Assembly (NCBI RefSeq): GCF_016433145.1 | Contig: NC_058133.1 | Coordinates: forward strand, 257,101,560-257,165,559 | Reading direction: 5' to 3' | From: Gracilinanus agilis | Lineage: Eukaryota | DNA: 64,000 nt | Shown: one piece after another, positions 1-49,559 of the stretch | Layout of the letters: each line of letters begins with the position of its first letter | Numbering within the stretch: position 1 is the first letter of the stretch | Made by a program: the position numbers and the translations under genes | Notes under the pieces: generated by a model | Databases searched by the model: none | What the model was told of the DNA's origin: nothing | Seen by the model: the letters and a program-made list of their open reading frames with translations, nothing else

Positions 1-16226
<16,226 letters not shown>

Positions 16227-16337
16227 TCAGCCCTCCTTTCTCCAGGATATCAAGTGCTCTTCTATCCCTTCTCAACTCTGGACTCCCATGCCCCTAACTC
16301 TGGCTTTTTTTCCCTGGGGGGAAAACTATGTTTTGGG

Positions 16338-16343
16338 AATAAA
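16338..16343 (+). terminator. Probable MSH5 polyadenylation signal
   Basis: First AATAAA after the MSH5 stop, 112 nt downstream. Confidence 0.65.
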
Positions 16344-16978
16344 ATGGATAATTTGGAAAAGGCATTGCTTTCCTGGACCCTCCAGAAACAAGAAGACAAG
16401 CAGGAATTGAAGCACCCACTATCTCTAGTGGCCCTTGTCCCAGATCCCTTAAATCATAGAACAATAACAAACTCCTTTTGATTGGCCTTATGGATAACTT
16501 GGTAGAGACCTAGCAATAATATATCGCTTCCTAGAGGCCGGAAGATAAGACATTGCTGGGAATCTGTTAATTGATGCTTTTGGTCCAAATTGAACCCAGT
16601 AGTTGGTTATTTAGTGAGTAGGACAGGCATATGGCTTAGTAGGGAAAACCTGGGGCCCCAAAATGAAGAAATCTGGGCTCAGGCCCCCATTCTCTCACTG
16701 ACTGTGTAACCATGAGTCAGTTGTTCCCTTCTCCATACCTCAGTTTCTTTATCTGTAAATGATTTCTCAGGTTCGTTCCAATTCCAATATTCTGTAATTC
16801 TATGAGATCCTTCCAATTCTAAAGCAGAATGGCCCCCACAGAACTAGAAAGCTACCAGGGAGGGAAGGTACAGCCAGAGGGAAAGAATGAGAGACAAAGG
16901 GGAGGGCGGTGCGGAGGCAGGGGGGTGGAAGGGCTGTGCCCTCTGGTGGGTGGGGCAGTGCCCTGGCCTGCCATGTGA

Positions 16979-18637
<1,659 letters not shown>

Positions 18638-18787
18638 GGCCCTCTTCCATCCCTTCTAGGACTTAAGGTCCCCACTTTGCTTTATGAGAGGAGAGACAGC
18701 TGGAAACCCACTTCTTCTGTCCCAGACTCTTGTCCAAGTTTAAATGGCTTTGTCGTCCTACATCTCAGGCCTCACATGGGAAAGAAA

Positions 18788-18793
18788 AATAAA
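18788..18793 (+). terminator. Probable SAPCD1 polyadenylation signal
   Basis: AATAAA 151 nt after the SAPCD1 stop, followed by a T-rich tract. Confidence 0.65.
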
Positions 18794-18866
18794 CTTTCTT
18801 TCTAAACCCTCTCAGATGCTTGATTTCTTTTAAATCTCCCCAGCATTCCCAAAGAAAGCAATGTTA

Positions 18867-18890
18867 TTTATTGAGTTTAAATCATTTATT
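18867..18890 (-). terminator. Probable VWA7 polyadenylation signals (two AATAAA)
   Basis: TTTATT on + at 18867-18872 and 18885-18890, ~440-460 nt past the VWA7 stop. Confidence 0.55.
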
Positions 18891-19326
18891 TAAATTATTA
18901 ATACTAATATCCTGTCATCTTTTCCTACAAAAATAAAACAGAAACCAATTCAGGCCCCAAATGAATACTTCCATAACAAACAGTCCCTGGGTTAGAGAGA
19001 AAGAGATAGGAGTGGTGGGGAGATAAGGTAACAAAGCTAAAGCCATTTTCTCTAAAAATAAGTCTTTGGTTTGATTCCCAAAAGGTTGTAAGGGAGAGGG
19101 GAAAATAGTGCATTTGGGGGAAAATCTTTCTCCCCTCTGGCTTCCCCCTCCTGCCCAAATCTCACCTGAAAAGAAACAAAATGAATGCTACAATTTGAGG
19201 GAGAAACTCCCACCTCTGAGGCATAGAGGAGAGGAATGGTTTAGGATCCCTCCACACTAACAGAGTCATGGACAGAGCCTCCCTTCCCTACTGGGCACCA
19301 TATCTGGGGGTGTGGGCGGGAAGGTA

Positions 19327-22300
19327 TCACCAGGCAGCCATGCCAAGCAGCAGCAGCAGCAACAGCGCCCTCATTGGCCCCCACCAAAGGCCAGCTGCCA
19401 GGCTTCCCTCGCTCCCACCCCTTTGGGGCCCCAGAGTGGAGTTATGCAGGTTTGGCCTGGAGATGTTCTGAGTTGGCCTGGAGGAAAGGCCACGGTCATC
19501 CAGCTGCTCCTGAAAAGAGAAAATAGGACAAAAGAAAACACATAGGGTGAAAAAGTCAGAATGGAATTGAGCTTCCTTCCCATTCACCCAAAGCTAAAGT
19601 CTAATCCTTTGTGGTTGCTTCATGGCTTCAACCATCCAAAGGACTTGTGAAGGGCAGGTAGGTCTCACCTGGTGGGGTGCTTGCACCAAGAGCTGGAGGA
19701 AAGCATGTGCCTGGGGAGCTGGACTGTTGGACTTGGCTTTTGCTGTCACCATCACTGTCACTAATGAGTCCAGTGTGGCTGAGCCCGGAACCTGTAGCCA
19801 CAATTGGCCCCAGGCTGACTCATTCTGCCCCACATTAACCCTGTAAAATTGGAAGTGTTTTGTTCACTGCTCCTTGTTTGTTTTTTAAACCCTTACCTTT
19901 CTGTCTTAGTAACAACTTTAAGACAGGAGAGCAAGGGCTCAGCAAATGGGGCTAAGTAACTCACCCAGGGTCACCAAGCTAGGAAATATCTGAGGCCAGA
20001 TTTGAACCCAACTCTTCCCAACTCCAGGCCTGGCTCTCTATCCACTGAGCCACCTAGCTGCCCTGCTCACTGCTCTTTTTAAAGAGATCCTAGGAAATAT
20101 GGAAATACATACTGCATGAAAGCACTGGGATAATCTATATCTTACTATTTACCCCCTGAGGGAGAGTGGGGAGGGAGGAAAGACAGAAGGGAGAGAAGCT
20201 GAATCACAAAATATCAGAAAATAATTGTTAAAAATTGTTTCTATATGTAAGTGAAAAAAAGGAAAATGTAATAAAAAAAGAAAATGGGGGTGGGAAGAGA
20301 GAGATCTTAGGGGTCCCTTAATAAAAGCAACCCAAACTGAGAGATGGAAGCTCAGAATTAAGGGAGGGCTCTGTGGTTCAGTGAAGTAGGTAGGGTTGAG
20401 CAGACTAGAACTGACAGTCAGGAAATCAGGGAGTGATGTTTAGAACTAAGTCTTCAGGGGCAGATAGTTACCTAGAAAGGTTGGAGGTGAAAGGGAAGTT
20501 GGGGCTGACAGAAGCTGTAATGATGAGGTCCCATGGTCCTGAGAAGCTAGCGATGTGGAGACTGAGCAGAGCCTGGTGGCCTGGGCTAAGAGGGTCAGAA
20601 GGACCACTGAGCTGGAGAAGGGAAGTGAGGAGGGCTGGGTTATGGATGGAACCACATCTTCCCATCCTCTAAAAATTCAGTTCATAAATTCATCACTAGA
20701 GCTGGACAGGACCTTAGAAATCAAGTCTGATCCTCTCATTTCAGAGATAAGAGATCATTCAGAAAGGGAAGTTACCCAGTTCAATTCACAAATGTTTATT
20801 AATCATCTACTATGGGCAAGACACCACTCTAGGATACAATGATGAAAAGTGACAGTTCCCTCCATCTTCCTCCCTTCCTTTCCCTTCTGTAATAACCTCC
20901 AAAGCTTACCTCAAGAAGGACAGGAGCCACAGTACAAGGCTGAGGGGCTACTCTCTGAAGACTGGACTGCCTATCATCCTGGCCAATCAACTCCAGGAAG
21001 AAAGGTCTCTGGGTGAGGAGGAGCTTGGGGTCCAAGAGAGCAGTGAAAACTCCCCGTTCAGGGGCCCCCGTTGGCTCTAGGGCCACATGGCCCAACTCTC
21101 CACTCTCAGGGTCTCCCCGAAGGATAACATGAGAGAGATTCACATTGGGAATGCCAGGAACCAATCCCATCACTTCAACTAGAAGAATGGTATGGAGACC
21201 TGGAGTGGGAACAAGAGCAGAAAGGAATGTGAAGAGAGAAGAAAGATGACTATAGTTTTCATGAGTCTCTGAAGCCTGAAATAGGAGTAGAATAAATGTC
21301 ATACCTGCAACAGGTTGGCTTAGGGGATAAAGGCCAGGATGGGGTCCATTCTCAATGGGAATCCCAAAATAGAAGAGAAAATCCAGGGAAGTCTTAGCTA
21401 CAGGAGGAGAGAAAGATATGAGCTACTCTTTTTTTTTTTTTTTAAACCTTTACTTTCTGACTTAAAATCAATACTGTGTATTGGTTCCAAGGCAGAAGAG
21501 AGATAAGGGTTAGGCAATGGGGGTTAAGTGACACAGCTAGGAAGTGTCTAAAGCCAAATTTGAACCCAAGACCTCCCCTCTCTAGGCTTGGCTCTCAATG
21601 CATTGAGTCACCCAGCTGCCCCATACCCCTACTTCTTACCTGCTGTTTCAATCATCTCCAGAGGCTCCCATGTTTCCTGCAGCCCCTCCCCATAATCTTT
21701 TCCTTACCTTTCACTCTTACTCCAGGTATCCCCTGTGCTGTGATTGCTATTTCCCAGGCCCCAACCTCAGGGGGGTCATTTAGGTTCACTGTCCAGAACT
21801 GACCAAAGCTTTGAATATGACCCAGAGGCCCACAAGCCTGATGGATATCCTGAGAAATACCTGGAGGGCATAGTAAGGAGACAATTTATTTCTATCTTAT
21901 ATACAATACAACCTCCATCTCTAAAGTGGAGGCAATAGAAGACCTTTTAATCTTTCTTTGTCAACCTGAGTCAAGACATTCTCCAGCCCAGATCTGCACC
22001 CATTTATCTCCCAGGCCTCTTTTCTGCCTTCTACACAAGTACCCGTGGGGTCTGATATCCTGAAGGTGTTTATCTCTCCATGGAGGTGGATGATGAGTCC
22101 ATGAAGCAGCTTGTCCACATGGAACACGAAAGGCCCCTTGGTGGGCAGGACAGAAGGCACCAGGGCTAATGTCACCTTGAGGTTGTGAGGGAGAAACATC
22201 CAGAGGGATACACAGAACAGGGAGGGAAAAGAACAGAGTGATTGAGTGACAGATGGAGAAAGGGGTGGTGCTAGGACACAAAAAGAGGGATAAGAGATAG

Positions 22301-25300
22301 AAGAAGGGGAGGGATGATGTGTAGGAATTTATGAGATTAGATTGTCCCCAACCTCAACGTTTACTTTCAACGCATAGCCCTAGAGCAAGAGATAGTAGAC
22401 CAAAATGGTTGTTATTTTTATGGTGAGTGGAAATTGGGAACTTCTAGAAGAATCCAGATGGCTCTGTAAAAAAGTCTTCCTGCCAGGGGCAGCTAGGTGG
22501 CTCAGTGGATTAAGAGATGGGAGACCCTGGGTTCAAATCTGATCTCAAACTCTTCCTAGCTGTGTGATCCTGAGAAAGTCATTTAACCCTCATTGCCTAG
22601 CCCTTTCTGCTTGATCTTCTGCCTTGGAACCAGTACACAGTTTTGATTCTAAGACTAGAATAAGGTAAGGGTTTAAAAAAAAAAAAGTCTTCTGCCTTCA
22701 AACTTCTAAAAGGCAATATTTTCAATGGGATCTAATGTTTTTATATGTTTTAATAATGAAAAGAAATGGGAAATCTGGAGGGAGACCATGAAACAATACT
22801 CCCCTCACACAGGATTTATTTGTTGTTTCCCTCACTCTCATTTCCTGGGTAAGCTTTATCAAGTCTCTATTTCCCCATGTCCAGTATTCTGAGGCTACTC
22901 ACCATATCCATCATGCTTTCACCCACCACACTTGCCACGCTCTGAATATACTGGTCCTTGGTAAAAATAACTTCTCCCCCTGAAGCCATGGCTATTGCCT
23001 GATATGGTTCAAACCGCTTTGGGGACAGGACCTCTCTTCGAACCCTCCTTGATGGGTCCTCTGTCACCAAGAAAGTCACCTGTGGTCAGAGAGGCACCAA
23101 GTTAGTAGGCATACTCTTATAGCATTTGCTACTATGAACTCATATTCTGGAAGCCTGTAGCCTATCTCCTAAGCTAGGCTAGGATGTCATGGCTGTTGTC
23201 ACTGATGACTTGTTACTAGTTTTCCATTTGCCAGTTATGCTGAGGAGGAGTTTGGGACTTCAGCCTCATGGCACTGGAAATTCTCATGCTCTAAAACCAT
23301 GCATTGCTGTTGCTTGATTCTCCTGGTATGTTCTTATGGTAAGGTCCAATTACAATATCTCCCAAGTTCCTTAAGGCTATAGATCATGTCTTCTGTCGTC
23401 ACAGACTCCCTCCAGCTTCCATAGTTTCACACACACACTCATACTTTCTCCTGCTTCCTGCTCTGATTAAGTGATGGGAAAAGCTTTCTGAGGGGTTGAT
23501 TATTCTATTTCTAAATTAATGCAATTAACTTTAATTGTATGGGAGGGTTCTTTCTATTTCCTCCCTTAGTTGGCTGGAGGAAGGGGAAATATCCAACTAG
23601 CGGAATGATAACTCAGTAAGGGGGGGGGGGACACCAATGAACAACAGTCATTGGATTAGGAAACTTCCCCAATTGGCTGAGGGTTAGCCTAGGATTGCAG
23701 AAAAGTCTAGTGAGCTTTATATTCAACACACTACTCTATAGCAGATCGAGGGGATTGTAGCTTCATAGAATGGATTAAAGCTTTTCAGTTTTCTTTAAAT
23801 ACTATTTTAAATTATATTTCCTTGGGATATAACTTCTGATTTTGTACGGCTGCTTTTCCCTGGGAAAGAAACTCTGGAAAACAGACTGGAGTTTGAGATG
23901 GGATGAAAGAGGAAAAGGGAATAGATATCACAAAGGGAGCTAATATCACAGTCAGGCACATGGAAGAAGAACAGAAAAGGTCATTTAAGTTTGAGTACAA
24001 GAGAGCTCTGAACCCCCAAAGCCAAGGAAGCTCAAGTATATTTGGGATCTAGTAACAAAGGAAGTTGTAGCAAGCAGTGAGAGATAAAAGGCCAGGGAGC
24101 AAAGGGGAAGTTTTAGTATCAGCTTCTGAGAAGAGCTGGTCCCCAGAGAAGTCAGTGGCAAGGTAGTAAAGCCAAGGGATGGGTTTCTCACAGTTTAGTT
24201 ATAGGATGTTGCATAGGATGAGTCTTTAATACATGTTAAGAGTATATGCTTCAGGGGCAACTGGGTGGCTCAGTGGATAGAGAGCCAGGCTCCAAGTTGG
24301 AAAGTCCTGGGTTCCAATCTGACGTCAGACACTGCCTTAGTAGTATGACCTTGGGCAAGTCACTTAACTCCCATTGTCTAATCCTTAGTGCTCTTCTGCC
24401 TCAGAACTCAATATTTAGTCTAAGACAGAAAGTAAGGATTAAAAAAAAGAAGGCAAACATACTTCTTGATATTGTTTGTTGTTTCTAAGTCTCCTGCCAG
24501 CCTCATTTCCCCAAGTGGGTTATTAACATGGGGTCTCTCATTGCTTATGGGGTACCTACCTTGCAGTGCTGCTTCTGGCTGAGGGCCTCTACACGATTGG
24601 TGAGATAGGCATCCTTGGGGGAGGCATCAGTGAAGACAAAGATGTCTGAGAACTGGGGTGTGTGGAGCAGGGCCAGCTGGGATGGGGAAGAGGGAGAGCA
24701 AAGAATTAAAAATCGAGTAGGAGAGAAAAGCTAGAGCCCTTTCCACTCAAGGAAGAAGCCAATCACTGAGCAAAGAACAAAGGGCTAAGTTATGGAGAAG
24801 AAGGGTTCTGTTCTTGTTTCCAAGGTGGAGAAGGAGGAGAGAGGAAGGAAAGAGAGCTCTGAGGATAAGGATGGAGAGGAAGGAGGAGGAGTGGGGGAAA
24901 CTTAAAGAGGGAAGGACCTCCAGGGCTGACAGACACATCTCAGGCTCATCTCCACCCCCTAGAGCATGGATCTCATTGATCTGTTTCCAGAAGGCATCAG
25001 AGTCACTGGTCTTAAAGACAGGCCCAAATCCTGAAAAGAAGAAAAGGGAGGATGAAGTAAATGAAGGAAAGCAGCTGTCCCAACCCTACTTAAATATTTT
25101 TACAATAATTCCTTATCCCCAGCTAAAAAACCCTCTTTGTGCCTGGAATGGGGAGGAAATACAAATCGAAAAATACTACCATTTTGAAATCATGTTAACA
25201 CGAACATCTCAAATGTATATAATGCTTTATGCTCCTCAAAGAACTTTCATGTCCTGTATCTCATTTAATCTTCATACAACAATTCCAGGAGGGAGACTGG

Positions 25301-28300
25301 GTAGATATCATCTCTTTCATTTTACAAATAACCAAAATATGACTTGGGGAACTGGATCATTTATTTGTCTGGGGGTCACAAGTTGTTGTCGGAACAGGAC
25401 TAGATCTCTCAGGGTCCAAAATAGAGAACTGTAATGGGGAGTAACTGATGACTGCTGCTACCCCTCAGAACTCTGACATAAATGAGGCATGCTGAGTTCC
25501 ACAGCAGATTCCACTCCAGCTCCAAAAACTAAGCAAACTGGAAATGACTAGTTGTCATTTAATCCCCTTCCCCCCTCCCAAGACAAGCCCTTACTGGTTT
25601 TATACCATCCAGGTGCTCACTCTCCTAAGGATATGCTGCCATTTTGGAAAGAAGGGGAAGGTCACTACTCTTGGGCTGCCACAGAAAGGGCTATATTTTA
25701 TAAGCAGAAAAAAAATGGGAGGTAGGGGTATAACCCAGGATCTCTGCCCTCTGCCCTGGGGCCACTGTTACCAGGATCATGGAAAGGCACAAGAATGTAG
25801 TGGGTAGGCTCCATGGGGCCACCACGACGTTGGTCAATGATTCTCCGAGCCTGTATTTTGGCTGCATTAATTTCTTCCCCCATACTGCCTGTAGTGTCCA
25901 GGACAAAGCTCAGGCTGGAGGCTGGGGAGATTTGCAGAAGTCTGGAGGGTGAGGAGGCCCCAGTGAGGGGCCTAGTCCTCTGACCCTCACCCCCTTGATA
26001 GCTCTCACCTCCCAAGATGAATCAGATATTCAAGTCACCTCCCCACACTCCAATGCTGCTCACCTGGAAAACCCAGAATCCCCTAGGCGGCCCCGGAGGA
26101 GGTTCAGAGCCTGGATGGAGGCCTGGAGAGCAAGCTGAGCTGCTTGGGGGTGCAAATCATGGTGTGGTGAGAAAGCTGGAGATGTGCTATCCTTATTGAT
26201 GCCCCCTCGGGGGGTATCATGGCTGCTCTGGTCAAAATGGCCCCCGTGGCTACATTTCCCTAAATTGAGGAAAAAGGTCAGACAGATAAGGTTGGAAACA
26301 AAAGCCCCATTCCCAGCATCTAGCCCTACTTTAAACTCCTCAGGGGTCAGGAATCTTATTGGGAGCAATAAAGCCATTTTGTGGAATCCAACCAAGAAGT
26401 GAGAATTGGTTATCACTCCAGTAACCCTGAGGCATCCCCTCATCACCCAACTCTACCTTATCCACATTGTGAGCAAAAAAAAAAAAAGCTACTCCCAGCA
26501 AGATGCTGCATGATTTTGAGAAACTAGAGCAGGAAGGGGACTACCCCTCTCCACTCTCCATCCCTTTTATTTTCATTCATCAGTCAACACCCCCACACCC
26601 ATGACAACTCTAAAATTATCCTTCTTCTAAGTCTATAGAGGAAGTGGAGCTTTACTGAGACTAGTAATAGAAAGTGAGTCTTTGGGGAAAAAGGGGCCCC
26701 TTTTGGTAGTTATACCTGGAGGTTTGGGGGGCTCTGCCCCAAAGTAACCAGAAGTGAGGAACACGGAACCCAGTAAATTTCCAGGGCAACTCAACTCTTC
26801 ACAGTCAGAGCACATCGGGTCCCCAACTAAGAAGAAAGGTTTGCCATGGTGGGGAGGGTGAGGTGGTGATGGGACAGAAAACAGTGAACTCCCCAGGTCC
26901 CCAATATTTTTCCCTTCCCCTATTTGTCTAGTATCCTCTCTTCCACTTTCCAAGAAAAGGGGAAAAAAACTGACAGAAAACTTAATTGGTGCCTCCATAT
27001 TCTTATTGGCTGGACAAGAGATGAACCTGGGGATGGGATACAAGGTAAGTTCTCCTCTCTCTCTGGTCTCCTGACCCTCAACATAAAAAGAAACAGAAAA
27101 AGACGTGAGAGGCAACATGGTGGGATGGAAAAACTTGTGACTTTGAGCAACTCAAGTACTTTTACCAAGTAGATGAGTTAACCAAAGTGACTCTTGGGAC
27201 TTACTACCCCAGTCCAGATGGTATGGCTTGTACTCATACCCTGAGCCAAATTCTTGAGCTTCCGTCCAGGCCACAGGAGGTCAGGGTGGGGCTGCTGCTC
27301 TCCCAGCTCCACCCAATTGCTATGGCTGTAGAAATCCTGGTGGTAGAAAGAGGTCAATTGTGGCCCATTCCCTTCTCCCCAATTTTAAATTCTGACCTTC
27401 CATTTCCTGCCCCATCTTATTGCTCCTGTTGATCATGAGTACGCCACAGGGACAATTCCCAACCAATCTCACTAGTGACTCTCAATTTTCCAGTTCCTCT
27501 GATGATAAGCCTCTCCTGGGAAGTGCCACCATCTTGGAAGAGGAGACATAGGAAGAGGTCTCAATTCTCTCCCTCATTCTGAGTTTCTCTTCACTCTTAT
27601 TAATACCTAGCCTAATCTTTCTCTTCCTTGGTTTCCAGCCCACCTGCAAGGCGTGTAGCATGGCTCCTAGGTGTTTTCGGGCCAGAGGGTATTCTAGGGC
27701 ACGGGCAGCACTGAGGGCTTGACGAAGGCTCCCCACAAGGTGGGCACGACTCCCAACCAGCTGTTCTGAATCAAAGTGCATCTCTGGGTCATTCCTGGTC
27801 ACTGAGAGGAAGTCCTGGGCTGCATTCGCACGAGCCACCTCACCCAGGGCCGCCCTGAAGCGTCGAGATAGGGTCCCAAGCCCAAAGTAAGCGGCAAAGA
27901 GGTCATCAGCCAGCAGTGTCCGACCCTGAAAAGAAGAAAAGTGTCTGGGGTTTAGGGATCTAGAAAGAACCCCACTGTAGAGCACAAGGTAGAGTGACAA
28001 GCATCCTAAAAAAATAATGTCTCTGCCCTGCAGAGGAGCCAGGGAGGTATAGACAGAGCTCTGTTCAAAACCATGAAAACAGGAAGACCCATCATTCCCC
28101 AGAAATCAGGGCTTCTCAAATTACCTTTTAGTTTACTTATCTTTGTCTTCCTGAGTATTCTTTGAGGGCAGGGCTTATTTTATCTTTATTCAGTCAGTCC
28201 ATATACATTTATTAAACACCTTCTATGTGCCAGGCACTGTGCTAAGCAAAAAAGGCAAAATCAGCCCCTGCCCTCTAGGCACTCACAATCTAGTGGGGGA

Positions 28301-29052
28301 AACACCAGGCATGCAAAGTGCTGTATACAAAGAAGCTATATACGTGATAAAAGAGAAGGCCCTAGAATGAAGAGATGGGGAAAGGTTTCCTTGTAGAGGG
28401 TGAGGTTTTTAGCTGGGATGTGAAAGAAGCCAGAGATATCAAGAGATAAAGATGAAGAAGAAGAAAATTCCAGGTCTAGAGGAGAGCCAGTGAAAATGCC
28501 CAGTCTGGAAATGTCGTGTTAAGGAGGCCAGTGCGGCTATGTGTAGTAGGGAATGGTTCCCCACCCCCAACCTAACACATTGAAAACTTTGGGTCTCAAG
28601 AATGTGATCAGATATTTAGAGCTGGAAATAGATTTTAGAGGTCCATCTCATATGTGACTTGACCAAGGTCACACATTTGGCAAGGAGGGAATTTGAATTC
28701 AGGTCCCAACTCCAAACTTTGTATTGTTTCCATTTAGTGGGGATGCTTGTCCACTAAATAAATGTTTGTTGAAAGGAACAGAGGGTTCTGCTGCAAGCAG
28801 GAACAAATGGAGTCTTACCTGGAAGTCCTCCAGGCGGAGAGGATTCCTGCCAGGGGGTGGCCTTTCCAAGAAGAGCTGCAGGGTGACATTGAGAGCAGCT
28901 TCCTCCGTCAGGTCCTGGTGGGTGATGGAACTGGGGGCTGCCACCAGGCTCCAGATGTTGGGGAAGAAGCCAGATACTGGGGGAAGCCATGGTAACAGCA
29001 AGAGTAGGAGTATGGAGCCCAGGCAGGGGCAAGGCACTTTGTCAGGGACCAT
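19327..29052 (-). CDS. VWA7: von Willebrand factor A domain-containing protein 7 (G7c), 886 aa; signal peptide, HET-C-like region, VWA domain, hydrophobic GPI-signal-like C-terminus
   Basis: 16 coding exons (high-low): 29052-28819, 27925-27644, 27336-27240, 26826-26716, 26259-26064, 25941-25772, 25030-24918, 24676-24560, 23079-22903, 22175-22043, 21860-21708, 21397-21305, 21199-20910, 20611-20472, 19840-19669, 19509-19327; total 2661 nt, in frame. Motifs [31 protein letters not shown] (MIDAS-type), [20 protein letters not shown]. Confidence 0.97.
19873..20063 (-). mobile_element. Marsupial CORE-SINE (VWA7 intron)
   Basis: TSD TG(T/C)TCACTGCTC (11/12). Confidence 0.8.
21429..21622 (-). mobile_element. 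Marsupial CORE-SINE (VWA7 intron)
   Basis: T-run followed by the minus-strand SINE body. Confidence 0.78.
22486..22680 (+). mobile_element. Marsupial CORE-SINE (VWA7 intron)
   Basis: TSD AAAAAAGTCTTC(C)TGCC. Confidence 0.82.
24255..24450 (+). mobile_element. Marsupial CORE-SINE (VWA7 intron)
   Basis: ggggcaactgggtggctcagtggatag... body with an A-rich tail. Confidence 0.75.
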
Positions 29053-29568
29053 GGCTGAGACATGGACCTGGGGGAGGTCAGGGTCGGGGACAAATACACA
29101 GGACAAGGTGTGAGTCTGTGGGGTCCAGCACCAAATGCCCAAATTCCTGAGGAGAGGGACAGATGGAGTGGAAAGCTGAGCTGAAGAAGCTCTTTCCTCT
29201 CTGGCCAGCTCTAGATCTGTTTCTGTCTCCTGGGCATCTGCCTTCTCCAGCCACTGCCCCCCCCCCTTATCTACCCCAGCTTGACTCCTCTGCCTGGTCA
29301 CCAGGACAACCACACAGGCTAGGCGGCTTGGGCAAACACACCTTCGGGGAACTGGCCTCCAAGGACCTCTCTACTCCTCAGGGACCCAGGCGTCTGGGCT
29401 CTCTTCCCTCCCCGGGACCAACAACCCCAGGGGCTGCTTTCTGGGCTCTTTCCCCGAAGGGGCCAGACACCTGACCTCGCCCTCCCAGGTACCGCCTTCC
29501 TCCATTTTCCATTCTCAAGGACCCAAGCGACCCCCACCCCACATCTCCCCTCAGGCCCCCAGCCTTAC

Positions 29569-29700
29569 CTGGTGCCTGGGGTCTCCTCCAGAACAGGGAC
29601 CCAGGTCAGGAGGCAAGCAGTAGTGTGTGTCTGTCCTGGACTTTAGGTCAGAGTTATATTTAACCCGGGGAGGGGGTGGGGCAAATCAGGGAGCAGACGT
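29569..29700 (-). promoter_or_regulatory. VWA7 non-coding exon 1 and core promoter
   Basis: Donor CAG|gtaagg at 29569/29568. Acceptor at 29067 gives 15 nt of UTR before the ATG. AT-rich TATA/MEF2-like GTTATATTTAAC at 29653-29664, with a G-rich Sp/KLF-like tract just upstream. TSS position is inferred. Confidence 0.6.
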
Positions 29701-30107
29701 AGGCCCAGGCACCCAGAGGGTCCCCGATTGCGCTGCTCCCCAAATCCAAGGAAGCCCAGACGGGGGCGCCATGTGCAGAATGGGAGCTGCCCCTCCCAGA
29801 CCCACCCCGCTGCAGTGCAGAGATGAATGGAGCTCAAAGAGCATGAGTCAGGGCTGGAGCCTGGCCACGGCTGGACCAAGTTGTACCTGCTTCACTCCCC
29901 TCCCCGTCATGTGACCCAGACTTCTGCTCCTCAGCCTTGGACCACCGTCCTCAGTATCCTTCGGGGGCAAAAGCATCCCGTTCTCCTGGAGCTTCCCAGG
30001 TTTCAGGCTGCAGGCAACACCCCTCCCACTCTGGGGAATTAGGTATCTGCTCCCTGCTCCCTCTGGGGACCTCATTATACAAAGAATACAGGTTTGTGCC
30101 AAAATAT

Positions 30108-30113
30108 TTTATT
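30108..30113 (-). terminator. Probable VARS1 polyadenylation signal
   Basis: TTTATT on + (AATAAA on -), 68 nt past the VARS1 stop. Confidence 0.7.
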
Positions 30114-30180
30114 GCTGCAGCGTCACCCCAACTCCACCCAATCATGGGAGGTCAGGATGGTGGGGAGATGTCTCCAGGTC

Positions 30181-48859
<18,679 letters not shown>

Positions 48860-49559
48860 CATCCCTGTGTGTGGCAGTTTCCTCTGCCACACTTGGAGAG
48901 ACCTGGGAAAAAGATAAAGTAATAAGACTTAAGGGGAGGGCAAGACATAAGGGGATTTCAAAGAAAACAGGATGGGGACCTAAGAGTAAATGCCAGACAA
49001 AACTTTAGGCTATCGTACTCATCAGGCCTTATTGCCAACTTCCCACCTCCTACAGAAAAATGAAAAGGTAAAAGGATATGATCTTGGAGGAGGCGCAAAT
49101 AATGAAACAGTAGGCATGAGGGGAAAAAAAACTGGGTTTGGTCGATATCAAGGATCCATTCGATCCTATATCTCCTTTTAGGTCCCAACTGTCCCCAGTG
49201 ATAGGGTAGAGATGGTGATGTTAGAAAATTGGCTTAAATCCCATCTCTGGGATTTCTCCTTGATGGAGAAAGATTTAGAGGGGAAGGAATGGATAATAAG
49301 TCTTTGTGAGGTGGGGTGAGGGAAGGAGTCAGGATGGTGATCATTTCTCTGGAGGAACCAAATGTAGGGGAATTGGGGCTATTTAACGACTAGGCAACGA
49401 AGGGAGGAAGGGATGAGGGAAGACTATTTGGCAATACTGTGGTAATCAGTTGGGGTCAGGGATAAAGGAGAGGAGGGGATGACAACTTCATCTCCAGACC
49501 ATGGGGAGGGTTGGGCCAGGCCAGGCAGAGCATCTGGTGGGCAAGGGGATGTGGATGGA

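Noticed and set aside
24814-25434. 206-aa plus-strand ORF
   Set aside because: Non-ATG start, antisense to a VWA7 exon, runs through purine-rich low-complexity and MIR-like sequence, no recognisable domain.
48862-48902. N-terminal extension of VARS1 suggested by the ORF track ([10 protein letters not shown])
   Set aside because: The start at 48892 is GTG in a weak context; the homologous start is the ATG at 48859 or 48862.
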